A DNA stretch of 64,000 bases from Candidatus Eiseniibacteriota bacterium (GTDB lineage: Bacteria; Eisenbacteria; RBG-16-71-46), in NCBI GenBank assembly GCA_044222065.1, contig JBGAOA010000001.1:61713-125712 (forward strand), read 5' to 3'. The notes below the pieces were generated by a model, which was given only the letters and a program-made list of their open reading frames with translations, made no database searches and was not told the origin of the DNA. Positions 1 to 9,800 of this stretch are shown here, in pieces (position 1 is the first letter of the stretch; every line of letters starts with the position of its first letter). The position numbers and the translations under genes are program-made.

Positions 1-102
1 GGCGAGCGGCTCGCGGGCGAGCGCGCGCTCGAGTTCGAGCGCGCAGTAGAGGCCGCCGAATCCGGCGCCGAGGACGACGATGCGCGGCTTCGTGCCGGCC
101 AT
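1..102 (-). CDS. NAD(P)/FAD-dependent oxidoreductase (NDH-2-like), N-terminal part only; runs off the window edge
   Basis: Manual translation from ATG at 102: MAGTKPRIVVLGAGFGGLYCALELERALAREPLA, containing the GAGFGG dinucleotide-binding motif. Confidence 0.75.
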   Translation of the reverse strand, partial: MAGTKPRIVVLGAGFGGLYCALELERALAREPLA

Positions 103-218
103 TCGAGCTCCCGCGAACGGTGGGGCGCGCGCCTCGCGCCCGGACGGCGCGGGTCCGCCCCGCGCGACCCTCCGAATGCACGCGCGCGCCGGCGGGTTCC
201 CGGGCGGCGGGAAGGAGG

Positions 219-1352
219 TCAGCCGCGCGCGGCGGCGGCCGTGCGCTCGCCCGCGCGCGACCACAGCGACTCGCGCAGTTCGGCGAGTCCGAGCCCGCGG
301 CGGGCCGAGACCGTGAAGCAGCCGGGGTAGCGCACCCGCAGCCCCGCGAGCGTCTCGTCGTCCAGCAGGTCGCACTTGTTGAAGACGAGCACGGTCGGGC
401 GCGGCGTCTCGAGCAGGTCCTCGAGCACGCCGTCCACCGCCTCGATCTGGCGGTTGCGGTCGGGATCGGCGGCGTCCACGACGTGCAACAGCAGGTCGGC
501 TTCGATCGCCTCGACGAGCGTGCTGTGGAAGGACGCGACGAGGTGGTGGGGGAGCTTGCGGATGAACCCGACCGTGTCGGTCAGCAGCGCGACGCGCCGT
601 TCGGGGCTCACCATCTGGCGCGTCGTGGCGTCGAGCGTCGCGAACAGCCGGTCCTCGACGAACACCTGCGCGCGCGTGAGCGCGTTGAACAACGTGCTCT
701 TGCCGGCGTTCGTGTAGCCGACGAGCGCGGCGCGGAACTCGCGGCGGCGCCGGCGGCGCTGCGTCTCGCGCTCGCGCTCGACCGCGCGCAGGTCGTCCTT
801 CAGGCGCGCGATCCGCTCGCGCACGAGGCGGCGGTCGGTCTCGAGCTGGGTCTCGCCCGGTCCGCGCGTGCCGATGCCGCCCGCCTGCCGTTCGAGGTGC
901 TTCCACATGCCGGTGAGGCGCGGCAGCGTGTACTCGAGCTGCGCGAGCTCGACCTGGAGCCGCGACTCCCGCGTGCGGGCGCGGCGCGCGAAGATGTCGA
1001 GGATCAGCTCGGAGCGGTCCACGACCTTCCGGGCGAGCGCCTTCTCGAGGTTGCGGACCTGCGGCGGCGACAGGTCGTCGTTGAAGATCACGACCTCGGC
1101 GTCGTGCGATTCGGCCGCGTCCTTCACTTCGCCGATCTTGCCCTTGCCGATGAAGTGCGCGGGATGGATGTCGCCCCGCCGCTGCACGACGGTCGCCGCG
1201 ACGCGCGCCCCGGCCGTGTCGGCGAGGCGTGCGAGCTCCTCGAGCGAACGCTCGAGGTCGTCGCCGTCGCGCTCGGCGTGGCCGACGAGCACGCAGCGCT
1301 CGGTGCGCGGAGGCGGGACGACGTCGTGCAGGGGGCGGTGACGGGCGCTCAT
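219..1352 (-). CDS. hflX: GTPase HflX
   Basis: C-terminal part of ORF 219..2609: LILDIFARRARTRESRLQVELAQLEY, GPGETQLETDRR, G1 GYTNAGKST, LFATLD, DTVGF, NKCD. ATG at 1352 overlaps the upstream stop. Confidence 0.97.
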   Translation of the reverse strand: MSARHRPLHDVVPPPRTERCVLVGHAERDGDDLERSLEELARLADTAGARVAATVVQRRGDIHPAHFIGKGKIGEVKDAAESHDAEVVIFNDDLSPPQVRNLEKALARKVVDRSELILDIFARRARTRESRLQVELAQLEYTLPRLTGMWKHLERQAGGIGTRGPGETQLETDRRLVRERIARLKDDLRAVERERETQRRRRRREFRAALVGYTNAGKSTLFNALTRAQVFVEDRLFATLDATTRQMVSPERRVALLTDTVGFIRKLPHHLVASFHSTLVEAIEADLLLHVVDAADPDRNRQIEAVDGVLEDLLETPRPTVLVFNKCDLLDDETLAGLRVRYPGCFTVSARRGLGLAELRESLWSRAGERTAAAARG

Positions 1353-2569
1353 CCGCGCGGAACGACCTCCATTTCGACGGGGAACTCGGTCAGGTTCTCG
1401 AACGTGCCGTCGGCGCGCGCGACCACGAGATCCTCGATGCGCACGCCGATGCCGCGCTCGGGATAGTACAGCCCGGGCTCGATCGTGATCGCGTGACCGG
1501 GCGCGATCGTGGCGGTGTTCGAGGGCGGGCCGCCGAGGCTCGGCGCCTCGTGCACCGCGAGCCCGACGCCGTGACCGAGGCCGTGCACGTAGCCCTCCTC
1601 GGTGCCCGGGTGCGAGAGCGGCGTCCGGTGCCCGCGCGACTCGAACAGCGCACAGGTCTTCTCCTGGTACGAGCGGCAGCGCTCGCCGAGCGCGAGCGTG
1701 TCCATCGCCTGCCGGAAGGCATCGTGCACGTCGGCGTACGTGCGGCGCAGCTCGTCGCTCGCGGGGCCGACGCAGAACGTGCGCGTCATGTCGCTGAAGT
1801 AGCCGCCGCCCGCCTCGCCGGGGAACAGATCCACGATGATCGGCGCGCCCGGGCGCACGACGTCGTCGTCGTTGCCGCGGTTGTGCGGCACGCCGGCGTC
1901 GCGGCCCTGCGCGATGATGCCGTCGCCCGACTCGGCGAGCCCGTGCGCGAGGAACGTCTCGCGCACGATCTGGCGCAGCCGTCCGAGCGTCACGAGGCCG
2001 CCGCCGTGGACGACCTTGTCGCCCGAGATGCGCGAGTGTTCGAGGTACTCCTTCACGTGGCGCATCGCGTCCACGGTGCCGAGCGACGCCTTGCGCATGC
2101 GTGCGATCTCGTCGGCGTCCTTCGTCGCGCGCGCCTGCTGCAGCAGGTCGGGCGTGGCGTCGTCGATCTCGAGCTCGGGCAGCTCGCGGCGCGCGCGCGC
2201 GATCATCTCCCACGCGCGGCCCGCGTCCATCTCGCCGTGGAGCGCGATGCGCCCGCGCATTCCGAGCAGCGCGCAGGTCTCGCCGATCCACCGGCCGTAG
2301 ACGCGCGTCATCGAGCCTTCCTCGGCGAGCGCGACGCTCACGCGGTGCTGGCCGAACGAGGACATCTCGCATCCGGCGCGCGCGGCCTGATCGCGTTCCA
2401 TCGGGTCGTGGATCAGGTGAGCGCGGCCGTCCGCGGCTCGGAAGTACAACGCGTGGTGCAGGTGCTGGCCCGTCGAATAGAGCAGGGCCGGTGCGTAGCG
2501 GTCGGCGGCGACGATGACGAGGCCGGCGAGGCCGCGCTCGCGCATGAGGCGGTCGAGATCCTGTCGCAC
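1349..2569 (-). CDS. Xaa-Pro aminopeptidase (M24B family)
   Basis: Metal-binding motifs DLFP, SDMTRT, HGLGHGVGLAVHE, TIEPGLY, GVRIED. Confidence 0.93.
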   Translation of the reverse strand: MRQDLDRLMRERGLAGLVIVAADRYAPALLYSTGQHLHHALYFRAADGRAHLIHDPMERDQAARAGCEMSSFGQHRVSVALAEEGSMTRVYGRWIGETCALLGMRGRIALHGEMDAGRAWEMIARARRELPELEIDDATPDLLQQARATKDADEIARMRKASLGTVDAMRHVKEYLEHSRISGDKVVHGGGLVTLGRLRQIVRETFLAHGLAESGDGIIAQGRDAGVPHNRGNDDDVVRPGAPIIVDLFPGEAGGGYFSDMTRTFCVGPASDELRRTYADVHDAFRQAMDTLALGERCRSYQEKTCALFESRGHRTPLSHPGTEEGYVHGLGHGVGLAVHEAPSLGGPPSNTATIAPGHAITIEPGLYYPERGIGVRIEDLVVARADGTFENLTEFPVEMEVVPRG

Positions 2570-2704
2570 GGGGAAACCTCCGGGGGATGAAGGTTGCGAG
2601 GGGCCTCAACGTAACGCACTCGCGCGTCCCGGCGGGAGTGCGTCGCGACGGGCGCGGCGGCGGCGGCGGCGAGCGTCACGCGCCGCGGCGCGCGGGGGTG
2701 CGTC

Positions 2705-3406
2705 CTACGGCTCGACCCAGGCGTGCGATTCGCGCTCGCGGCCGCGGCCGCGGCCGAAGACCGCCATCGCCGCGAGCCCGAACGCGAAGCCCCCGACGTG
2801 CGCCCACCACGCGACCCCGCCGCCCGCGCCCATGCCGAGCGCGAGCGAGCCGCTCACGAACTGGAAGACGAACCACAGCCCGAGCACGACGACCGCGGGC
2901 AGGGCCCACACCTGGATGAACACGAACAGCGGGACGAGCGTGAGCACGCGCGCACGCGGGAACGCGACGAGGTAGCCGCCGAGCACGCCCGCGATCGCGC
3001 CGCTCGCGCCCACGGTCGGCACGGGGGAGGCGGTGTTGGCGAGCCAGTGGGCCGCCGTCGCGCACGCGCCCGCGGCGACGTAGAAGGCGAGGAAGCCCAC
3101 GTGCCCGAGACGGTCCTCGACGTTGTCCCCGAAGATCCACAGGTACCAGAGGTTGCCGACGAGGTGCGCCCAGCCGCCGTGCAGGAACATCGAACTCAGC
3201 ACGCTGCCGAGCACGGGCGCCGCCGCGCCGTCGCCGCCGAGCGCGAGCGACAGGCGCGCGGGCACGAAGCCGAACTGGAACACGAACGTGCGCAGCCCGG
3301 GGCCGATCGCGAGCTCGTACAGGAACAACAGCACGTTGAGCGCGATCAGGCCGCGGGTCACCCACGGCGTCGTGGCGGATGGATTCTCGTCGCGAAGAGG
3401 GATCAT
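2705..3406 (-). CDS. Rhomboid-family intramembrane serine protease
   Basis: FLHGGWAHLVGN, GDNVED, catalytic GASG, WAHVGG; several hydrophobic helices. Confidence 0.95.
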   Translation of the reverse strand: MIPLRDENPSATTPWVTRGLIALNVLLFLYELAIGPGLRTFVFQFGFVPARLSLALGGDGAAAPVLGSVLSSMFLHGGWAHLVGNLWYLWIFGDNVEDRLGHVGFLAFYVAAGACATAAHWLANTASPVPTVGASGAIAGVLGGYLVAFPRARVLTLVPLFVFIQVWALPAVVVLGLWFVFQFVSGSLALGMGAGGGVAWWAHVGGFAFGLAAMAVFGRGRGRERESHAWVEP

Positions 3407-3461
3407 GAAACGGTCGGAACCTGCCGATGCTGTTGCGGAACCTCGCGGGTGCTCCCGAGCA

Positions 3462-3490
3462 TTGACGCTTCGAAACGCGGTTCCTATGCT
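3462..3490 (+). promoter_or_regulatory. sigma70-type promoter upstream of trxA
   Basis: TTGACG-N17-TATGCT, about 97 nt upstream of the trxA ATG. Confidence 0.65.
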
Positions 3491-3586
3491 GCGCGGGCTC
3501 TTGGGTCGGTCGTGAATCGGTCGAACTCGCCCGGCATCGAAGGGGCGTTCGAGCGAAGAATACTAGGGTCTGAAGGGGGTTTCGAA

Positions 3587-3910
3587 ATGGGCAATGCGAT
3601 CGCGGTGACCGAGCAGAACTTCACGAACGAAGTGCTCCAGTCACCGACTCCGGTTCTCGTGGACTTCTGGGCGGCGTGGTGCGGACCGTGCCGGCACATC
3701 GCGCCGGTCGTCGAGGAGCTCGCCGCGGAGTACGCGGGCCGGCTCAAGGTCGTGAAGGTCGACGTGGACGAGAACCAGGACGTCGCCATGCGCTACGGCG
3801 TGCAGAGTATCCCGACGCTCATGCTCTTCAAGGGCGGCCAGGAAGTCGTGAAGATGATCGGCGCGTTCCCGAAGCCGCACATCGTGTCGAAGGTGACGCC
3901 GCACCTGTGA
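3587..3910 (+). CDS. trxA: Thioredoxin
   Basis: MGNAIAVTEQNF...VDFWAAWCGPC...SIPTL; GAAGGGGG RBS upstream. Confidence 0.97.
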   Translation: MGNAIAVTEQNFTNEVLQSPTPVLVDFWAAWCGPCRHIAPVVEELAAEYAGRLKVVKVDVDENQDVAMRYGVQSIPTLMLFKGGQEVVKMIGAFPKPHIVSKVTPHL

Positions 3911-3926
3911 GCGGCCCGAAGTGACG

Positions 3927-3960
3927 ACGGCCCGCGCGATCCGCGCGGGCCGTTTCGTTT
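3927..3960 (+). terminator. Intrinsic terminator after trxA
   Basis: 12-bp stem ACGGCCCGCGCG-ATC-CGCGCGGGCCGT followed by TTCGTTT. Confidence 0.75.
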
Positions 3961-3970
3961 CGCGGGGCGA

Positions 3971-5693
3971 TCAGCGGGCCGTCCGTCCGGCGGGCGTGTC
4001 GCGCCGCCGCTCGAGCGCCTCGAGCGACTCGGGCAGCGCTTCGAGCACGTCGCGCGCCGCGAGCCCGAGCGTGCCTCGCGCCGCGCGCGCGCGATCGCCC
4101 GCGAGGCCGTGCACGAACGCGCCGAGACGCGCGGCGTCGTAGGCGTCGAGTCCCTGCGACAGCAGCGCGCCGATCGCACCCGCGAGCACGTCGCCGGTGC
4201 CCGCGGTCGCGAGCCCCGGGTTCCCGGTCGGGTTCACGGTCGCCCGTCCGTCCGGCGAGGCCGTCACGGTCGGCGCGCCCTTCAGCACGACCACTGCGTT
4301 CCAGCGCCGCGCCCACTCGATCGCCGCGTCGATGCGGCGGCCTTCGAGCGCAACCGACGTCTCGCCCGTGAGCCGCTCCATCTCGCCGAGGTGCGGCGTG
4401 AGCACGAGCGGCTCGCCGGCGCCGGCCTCGAACGGCTGGCCCGCGAGCGCCGAGAGTCCGTCGGCGTCGAGCACGGTCGGCCGCGTGCGCGCGGAGACGA
4501 GCGCGCGCACGAGCGATGCCGACTCGTGATGGCGGCCGAGCCCCGAGCCGAGCACGAACGCGTCGGCGCGTTCGAGCAGCGCCTCGATCGTGCCGCGCGC
4601 CGAGAGCGCGAGCGCGCGAGGACCCGCCTCGGGGCACGGCACGGTCATTTCCTCGGTGAGCTTCACGGCGAGGATGTCGTGCAGGCTGCGCGGCACGGCG
4701 CAGCGCACGTAGCCCGCGCCCGTGCGCGTCGCCGCGTGCGCCGCGAGCGCGACGGCGCCCGTGAGCCCTTCGGAGCCGCCCGCGACGACGACGCGTCCCA
4801 CGGACGTCTTGTGCGCGCGCGGGCCGCGGCGCGGAACGAGCACCGCCATGTCGTCCTCGGTCGCGAGCGACACCGGGCAGTCGCGGGCGGCGGCGGGTGC
4901 GACGAGCCCGATGTCCACGACCTCGACGCGGCCCGCGAACGCGCGGCCCGGCCACAGCCAGTGGCCGCGCTTCGGGTGCCCGAACGTCACGGTGAGGTCG
5001 GCACGCACCGCGCGGCGCGCGATCGCGCCCGTGTCCGCGTCCACGCCGGTCGGCAGGTCCACGGCGACGATGCGCGTGCCCGATTCGTCCAGCTCGCGCG
5101 TCACCTGCACGCACGCCGCGACGAGGCCCTCGGGCTCGCCGCGCGCGCCGGTGCCGAGCAGCGCCTCGATCGTGCCGCGCGCCGAGAGCGCGAGCGCGCG
5201 AGGACCCGCCTCGGGGCACGGCACGGTCATTTCCTCGGTGAGCTTCACGGCGAGGATGTCGTGCAGGCTGCGCGGCACGGCGCAGCGCACGTAGGTGCGA
5301 AGTCCCACGGCGCGCCGTCCTCGATCTGACCCCGCAGCGCGGCCTCGTCGGCCGCGACGCCCGGAACGCCGGCGGCGGAACGCCGGCGGCCTCCGCGCGC
5401 TCGAGGTGCGCGAGCGCCTCGCCCGCGACCCGCTCGCGCGGCGCGACGAGCACGAGGCGCGGCAGCGCGCCGCGCTGGAGCAGGTGGCGCGCGGCGACGA
5501 AGCCGTCGCCGCCGTTGTTGCCGGGGCCGCACAGCACGAGCACGCGCAGCGCGAGCGGCGGACCGAACGCGCGCTCCATCGCCGCGACGACGCCGGCGCC
5601 GGCGCGCTCCATGAGCGTCTCGCCGGACGCGTGCCCGCCCTCGATCGTGAGCCGGTCGAGCGCGCGCATCTCGGAGGCGGTCAGGAGGAGCAT
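3971..5693 (-). pseudogene. nnr: Bifunctional NAD(P)HX epimerase/dehydratase, reading frame broken in this assembly (probably artefact)
   Basis: YjeF_N start MLLLTASEMRALD...LMERAG...GPGNNGGDG, then DLPTG; dehydratase GAVALAAHAATRTGAG, VLDADG, LTPHLGE, LATAGTGDVLAG. A 14-bp tandem duplication at 5363-5390 and a 140-bp internal duplication at 5155-5294 disrupt the frame. Confidence 0.88.
4573..5294. repeat. 140-bp exact direct repeat (4573-4712 and 5155-5294) inside nnr
   Basis: Both copies read CGAGCAGCGCCTCGATCGTG...GCAGCGCACGTAG; the peptide YVRCAVPRSLHDILAVKLTEEMTVPCPEAGPRALALSARGTIEALL appears twice in ORF 3971..5308. Confidence 0.95.
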
Positions 5694-5695
5694 GG

Positions 5696-6640
5696 TCAGT
5701 GCACCGTGAAGCGGAACGGCATCTCGACGCGGAAGCGGTACGTGACGCCGTCCTTCACGTACGGCTCGAAGCGCGACGCACGCGCCGCCGCGAGCGCGGC
5801 GTCGTTCAGTTCGGGAATGCCGCGGAACACGGCGGCCTCGATCACGCGGCCGTTCGTGTCCACGAGCGCGCGCACCCACACGTTGCCCTGCACGCCCGCC
5901 TCGCGCGCGGCGTCGGGGAACTGCGGCTGAACGCGCTCGACGAACGGCGGCGCGAGGCGCGAGGCCGGAGCGTCGGGCCGGGCGAGCACGAGCGTGTCCG
6001 GCAGCACGAGCGGCTCGCGACGCTGCGAGGCCGCGACCGCCGGCGCGACGGCGCGCGCGGGCGACGCGGTCTCGACGTGCGGAACGATCGTGGCGTTCAT
6101 CGCGGACGCGCTGCACGTCAGCCGCACGTCCGTGTCGCGCTTCCACGAGCAGTCGCTGCGCACGCGCGAGCGCTCGGCGCAGCCGCGGTGGAAGCCGCGG
6201 CGCGTCAGCTCGTCGTTCACGTAGTCGAGGTGGCGGCTCGACGGCTTCGGGACCTCGATCACGACGCGCACGAGCCGGCCGCGCTTGAGCGCGAGCTTCG
6301 CCTTCGCATCGATGCCGAACCACCGCAGCGCGCCTTCGCGCGCGGCCTCTCCGCGCACGGTGGACTTGATCGCGGTGAAGCTCCCGAACTGCGACAGGCG
6401 GTCGAGGCCCCAGCCGAAGCGCAGCGGCGTTCCCGTGACGCGCACGGAGGTGTCCGCGCCCGCGGCGCCCGCGGGCACGACCGCCTCGACGTCCTCGGTC
6501 GTGTCGGCGTCGGCCGCGGAGCTGTCCGCCGCAGGGCTCGCGTCGTCGTCGTGGCCGGGGGCGTCGCCGGCGAACGGCGTCGCGAGCGACGGCAGCGCCG
6601 CGAGCGCGACGAGCGCGACGAGGCCTGCGAATCCGCGCAC
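5696..6640 (-). CDS. Exported protein with C-terminal TonB domain
   Basis: Signal peptide; C-terminal PQFPDAAREAGVQGNVWVRALVDTNGRV...LNDAALAAARASRFEP is a typical TonB_C. Confidence 0.85.
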   Translation of the reverse strand: MRGFAGLVALVALAALPSLATPFAGDAPGHDDDASPAADSSAADADTTEDVEAVVPAGAAGADTSVRVTGTPLRFGWGLDRLSQFGSFTAIKSTVRGEAAREGALRWFGIDAKAKLALKRGRLVRVVIEVPKPSSRHLDYVNDELTRRGFHRGCAERSRVRSDCSWKRDTDVRLTCSASAMNATIVPHVETASPARAVAPAVAASQRREPLVLPDTLVLARPDAPASRLAPPFVERVQPQFPDAAREAGVQGNVWVRALVDTNGRVIEAAVFRGIPELNDAALAAARASRFEPYVKDGVTYRFRVEMPFRFTVH

Positions 6641-6645
6641 GAGGC

Positions 6646-6987
6646 TCAGCGCCTCCGTACGCGCTGGCGCGCGTCCGCGCTCAGCTCCTTCGCGAGCCGC
6701 TCGCGGTACTCGGCGTCGCGCGCCGCGCGCGCGACGAGGTCGGGATCGGTCGAGACGAACGGCAGGTCGAACAGCTCGGGCTCGGCTTCCTGCACGGTGT
6801 AGATGCGCTCCTGTTCGCTGCGCTGGTACTGCACGGCGCGCTCGATCGTGTCGTGCGCGCGGTGCGCGTCGAGGAACGTCTGGTGGAAGACGTCGAACGT
6901 GTAGACGTGGAATTTCCCGTCGAGCCCGCCCGTGCCCGCGGGCGGCGAGTACACCTTGTACTTCGCGGCTTTGACCTTCCCTTCCAA
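6646..6987 (-). CDS. Hypothetical protein (113 aa)
   Basis: Non-shadow composition, GGGAGGG RBS before TTG, fills the gap in a co-directional run. Confidence 0.75.
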   Translation of the reverse strand: MEGKVKAAKYKVYSPPAGTGGLDGKFHVYTFDVFHQTFLDAHRAHDTIERAVQYQRSEQERIYTVQEAEPELFDLPFVSTDPDLVARAARDAEYRERLAKELSADARQRVRRR

Positions 6988-7015
6988 GGGTTCCCTCCCG
7001 TGCGCGTGCGCGGCC

Positions 7016-7714
7016 TCAGCGGCCGGCCGCGGAGTCGGCGTTCAGCCGGTCCACGATGCCGACCAGCTCCCAGATGTCGTGGATGTCGTGGTCGGCGCCC
7101 GACTCCTGCGTGCCGAACGTGTCGCCGTAGCGCGCGAACACCGTCTTCATGCCGAGGCTCTTTCCCCCGACGACGTCGCGTTCGGCCCAGTCGCCGACCA
7201 TGAGCGAGTTCGCCGGCGCGACCTCGAGACGCTTCAGCACCTCGCGGAACGGCGCCGGGCTGGGCTTGCGCTCCTGCGTGTCGTCGAACGTGACGACGGC
7301 GTCGAACACGTGCTGCAGCGAGAGCGAACAGAGCCGCAGCCACACCTGCATGCGCGGCGCGTCCGAGACGACGCCGAGCCGGATGCCGCGCTTCGAGAGC
7401 TCGAGCAGCGTCATCTGCACGTGCGGGTAGAGCACGAGCGTGGACTCGCGCGCGCGGCGGTAGGCGACGATGCCGGAGGCGAGGATCTTCGGATCCACCT
7501 GCCCGAACTCGCGCACGAGCAGTTCGTCGAAGACCTTCTGGAACTCGAGCCCGAGCTCCAGGTAGATCGCGTCGATGCGGCGGCGCAGTTCGTCGCGCGG
7601 GATCTTGAGGCCGGCGTCGATCATGCCGTCCATCGCCGCCACGATCGCCGCGTCCTTCATGCGCATGAAGTCGGTGAGCGTGTTGTCGAGATCGAAGACG
7701 ATGGCGCGGATCAC
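7016..7714 (-). CDS. HAD-superfamily hydrolase (subfamily IA)
   Basis: FDLDNTL motif I, VVSD, RKPSP, MVGDWAERDV; GTG start at 7714. Confidence 0.92.
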   Translation of the reverse strand: MIRAIVFDLDNTLTDFMRMKDAAIVAAMDGMIDAGLKIPRDELRRRIDAIYLELGLEFQKVFDELLVREFGQVDPKILASGIVAYRRARESTLVLYPHVQMTLLELSKRGIRLGVVSDAPRMQVWLRLCSLSLQHVFDAVVTFDDTQERKPSPAPFREVLKRLEVAPANSLMVGDWAERDVVGGKSLGMKTVFARYGDTFGTQESGADHDIHDIWELVGIVDRLNADSAAGR

Positions 7715-7781
7715 GCGCGCTCCCCGGTCGTGCGGTGAGCGGCGCGCGTGAGGCGCCGGCCCGCGAGCGAGACGAACCGAT

Positions 7782-7973
7782 TCACTTCGTGGACTGGCCG
7801 ATCGTGCGACCGATGCTGATTTCGCCGTTGTCGATGCGAATGTTGAAGCCGCACGCGGGGTTGTTGCAGACCCAGGCCTTGTAGGTGATGGGCGCGCCGT
7901 CGCGACCGTAGTCGGACAGCGGAAGGAGGACTCCGTCCTCGCACTTGCAGCAGTCCGGAAAGCGCATTTCCAT
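7782..7973 (-). CDS. Small putative zinc-ribbon protein (63 aa)
   Basis: MEMRFPDCCKCEDGVLLPLSDYG...KAWVCNNPACGFNIRIDNGEISIG; GGGGAGGG RBS upstream. Confidence 0.8.
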   Translation of the reverse strand: MEMRFPDCCKCEDGVLLPLSDYGRDGAPITYKAWVCNNPACGFNIRIDNGEISIGRTIGQSTK

Positions 7974-8107
7974 CCCAAACCCCTCCCCTCGAGATTCCAG
8001 ACGAGCCTCGGGGGCGGAGTGTACGCGAGGGGAAGGGAGGGCGAAAAGGGCGCCGCGCGCGGCTCGGGCGCCCGGACGCCGCGGCCCGAGCGGGCGAAAA
8101 CGCCCGC

Positions 8108-8833
8108 CTACCGCATCCCGATCCCCGCCGTGATCGGCCACACCGTCACGTTCCCGACCGCGACGTGCTCGGGCGCGGTGCAGATCCACGCGACGAGCGA
8201 CGCGATCTCGCGGGGCTCGAGGTTCTGGTCGCGATCCTTCGACCCGGGCTGGATCGCGCGCCCGGCGGAGTTGATGTTGTGGGGATAGACGAGACTCACG
8301 CGCACGCGGTTGGGTTTGAGTTCGAGCGCCGCCGACTCGAGCAGTCCGCGCAGGCCCCACTTGCTCGCGGCGTACGCCGCGGAGCCGGGCTGGCCCGTGA
8401 GCGCGCCGAGCGACGCGATGCCGACGACGGTGCCCTTGCGTTGCGCGGTCAGCCACGGGATCGCGGCCTTGAGCGCGAGGAACGCGCCCTTCAAGTTCAG
8501 GTTCAGCAGAGAGTCCCACTGCTGCTCGCTCGTCTCGGCGATGGATGCGCCTGCCCACGTGCCGGCGTTGAGCACGAGGATGTCGAGTCGTCCCCAGTGC
8601 TCGACCGTGGCCTTCACCGCGGCTTCGACCTCGGCCGCCTTCGTCACGTCGGCCGGCGCTGCCATCGCGCGCCCGCCGCCGGCCGAGAGCTTCGCGACCG
8701 CGGCGTCGAGTTCGGCGCCCGGCCGCGCCATGACCGACACCGCGCAGCCCTCGGCGCCGAGCGCGGTGCCGATCGCGAGTCCGAGTCCGCGGCTGCCGCC
8801 CGTGACGAGCGCCACCTGTCCGTCGAGCTTCAT
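8108..8833 (-). CDS. Short-chain dehydrogenase/reductase (SDR)
   Basis: TGGSRGLG, LNAG, catalytic YAASK. Confidence 0.95.
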   Translation of the reverse strand: MKLDGQVALVTGGSRGLGLAIGTALGAEGCAVSVMARPGAELDAAVAKLSAGGGRAMAAPADVTKAAEVEAAVKATVEHWGRLDILVLNAGTWAGASIAETSEQQWDSLLNLNLKGAFLALKAAIPWLTAQRKGTVVGIASLGALTGQPGSAAYAASKWGLRGLLESAALELKPNRVRVSLVYPHNINSAGRAIQPGSKDRDQNLEPREIASLVAWICTAPEHVAVGNVTVWPITAGIGMR

Positions 8834-9612
8834 GCGTCCTCCTTCGCGGACGGCTCCGCGAGCAACGGGGTGTGATCCGTCCACGCGCCTTCGCACGGAC
8901 GGCCGTCGAGATGCCAGTAGCGCGCGTCGCCGTCGGCGAGATACACGGCCGACGCCGACACGGTCGCCATTCGTCCGTCGTGAATGCAAACCTCCGGGAC
9001 GCGGTTCCCGTCGCCGTGCGTGCGCAGCAGCGCGAGCAGTTCGTCCGCGGTCGCGCGCGGATCGCGCGAACCGACGCCGCGCAGCCGCTCGATCAGCCAC
9101 GCCGTGCGCGGTTCGCGCGCGTCGTCGAGATCGGCGTGCGTTACGACGTGCCAGCCACGGCCGATCGCGTGGGGCCCGCGCGTGGCGCCGGGCCCGCCGT
9201 AGGCGATCCACGAACCCTCCGGCGCGGCCCACAGCAGCGAGAACGGCGCGTAGCTCGATTCGGTGACGAGCGAGCGCAGCCGCGATGCCGCGTGACGCGA
9301 CAGCGTGCCTCCGTCGCCGGGAACGAGCGAGGCGGCGTCGAGCGCGAGCAGTCCGCGCGAGCGCGCGAGCAGCGGCGCGGGGGCGGCGAGCGCCTCGGCC
9401 GGCCGGCGATTCAGCAGCGCGACCGCCGCGCGGCGCTCGCGGATCGCGAGCCAGGTGCCGCCCGCGACCGCGTCGCGGCCGCCGGCCACGCGCGGGGACG
9501 CGCGCAGCACCTGCGGACCCTCGCTCTTCCGGAGCGGACTCTCGTCGCGGTTCCCCGCGAGGATCACCGACCCCGGACGCACGACGTCCACGCCGAGCAG
9601 GACCGTGCACAT
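8830..9612 (-). CDS. NRDE/TANGO2-family protein
   Basis: N-terminal MCT, AGNRDES, GGRDAVAGGTWL, SRGLL, TVSAS. Confidence 0.9.
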   Translation of the reverse strand: MCTVLLGVDVVRPGSVILAGNRDESPLRKSEGPQVLRASPRVAGGRDAVAGGTWLAIRERRAAVALLNRRPAEALAAPAPLLARSRGLLALDAASLVPGDGGTLSRHAASRLRSLVTESSYAPFSLLWAAPEGSWIAYGGPGATRGPHAIGRGWHVVTHADLDDAREPRTAWLIERLRGVGSRDPRATADELLALLRTHGDGNRVPEVCIHDGRMATVSASAVYLADGDARYWHLDGRPCEGAWTDHTPLLAEPSAKEDA

Positions 9613-9800
9613 GCGCGGCACTCTAGTGGCGGGCACGGGCCGGGTCCACGGCGCCGTTCGACACGCTCCGCCGGGCGTTCGTCCCGACCCCGGTTCGGCG
9701 CGCGAGTCCGTCGTTGTGCCCGACGCGGCCGCACTCCTATTCTTTCCGCTCGCCGGCCGTCCCCCACGGCCGCCTCGAACGTCCGACTCGCTCTCCCGAC

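Noticed and set aside
4573..5294. 140-bp repeat as a DGR template/variable pair or IS end
   Set aside because: The copies look identical with no adenine-specific changes, and no reverse transcriptase or transposase is nearby.
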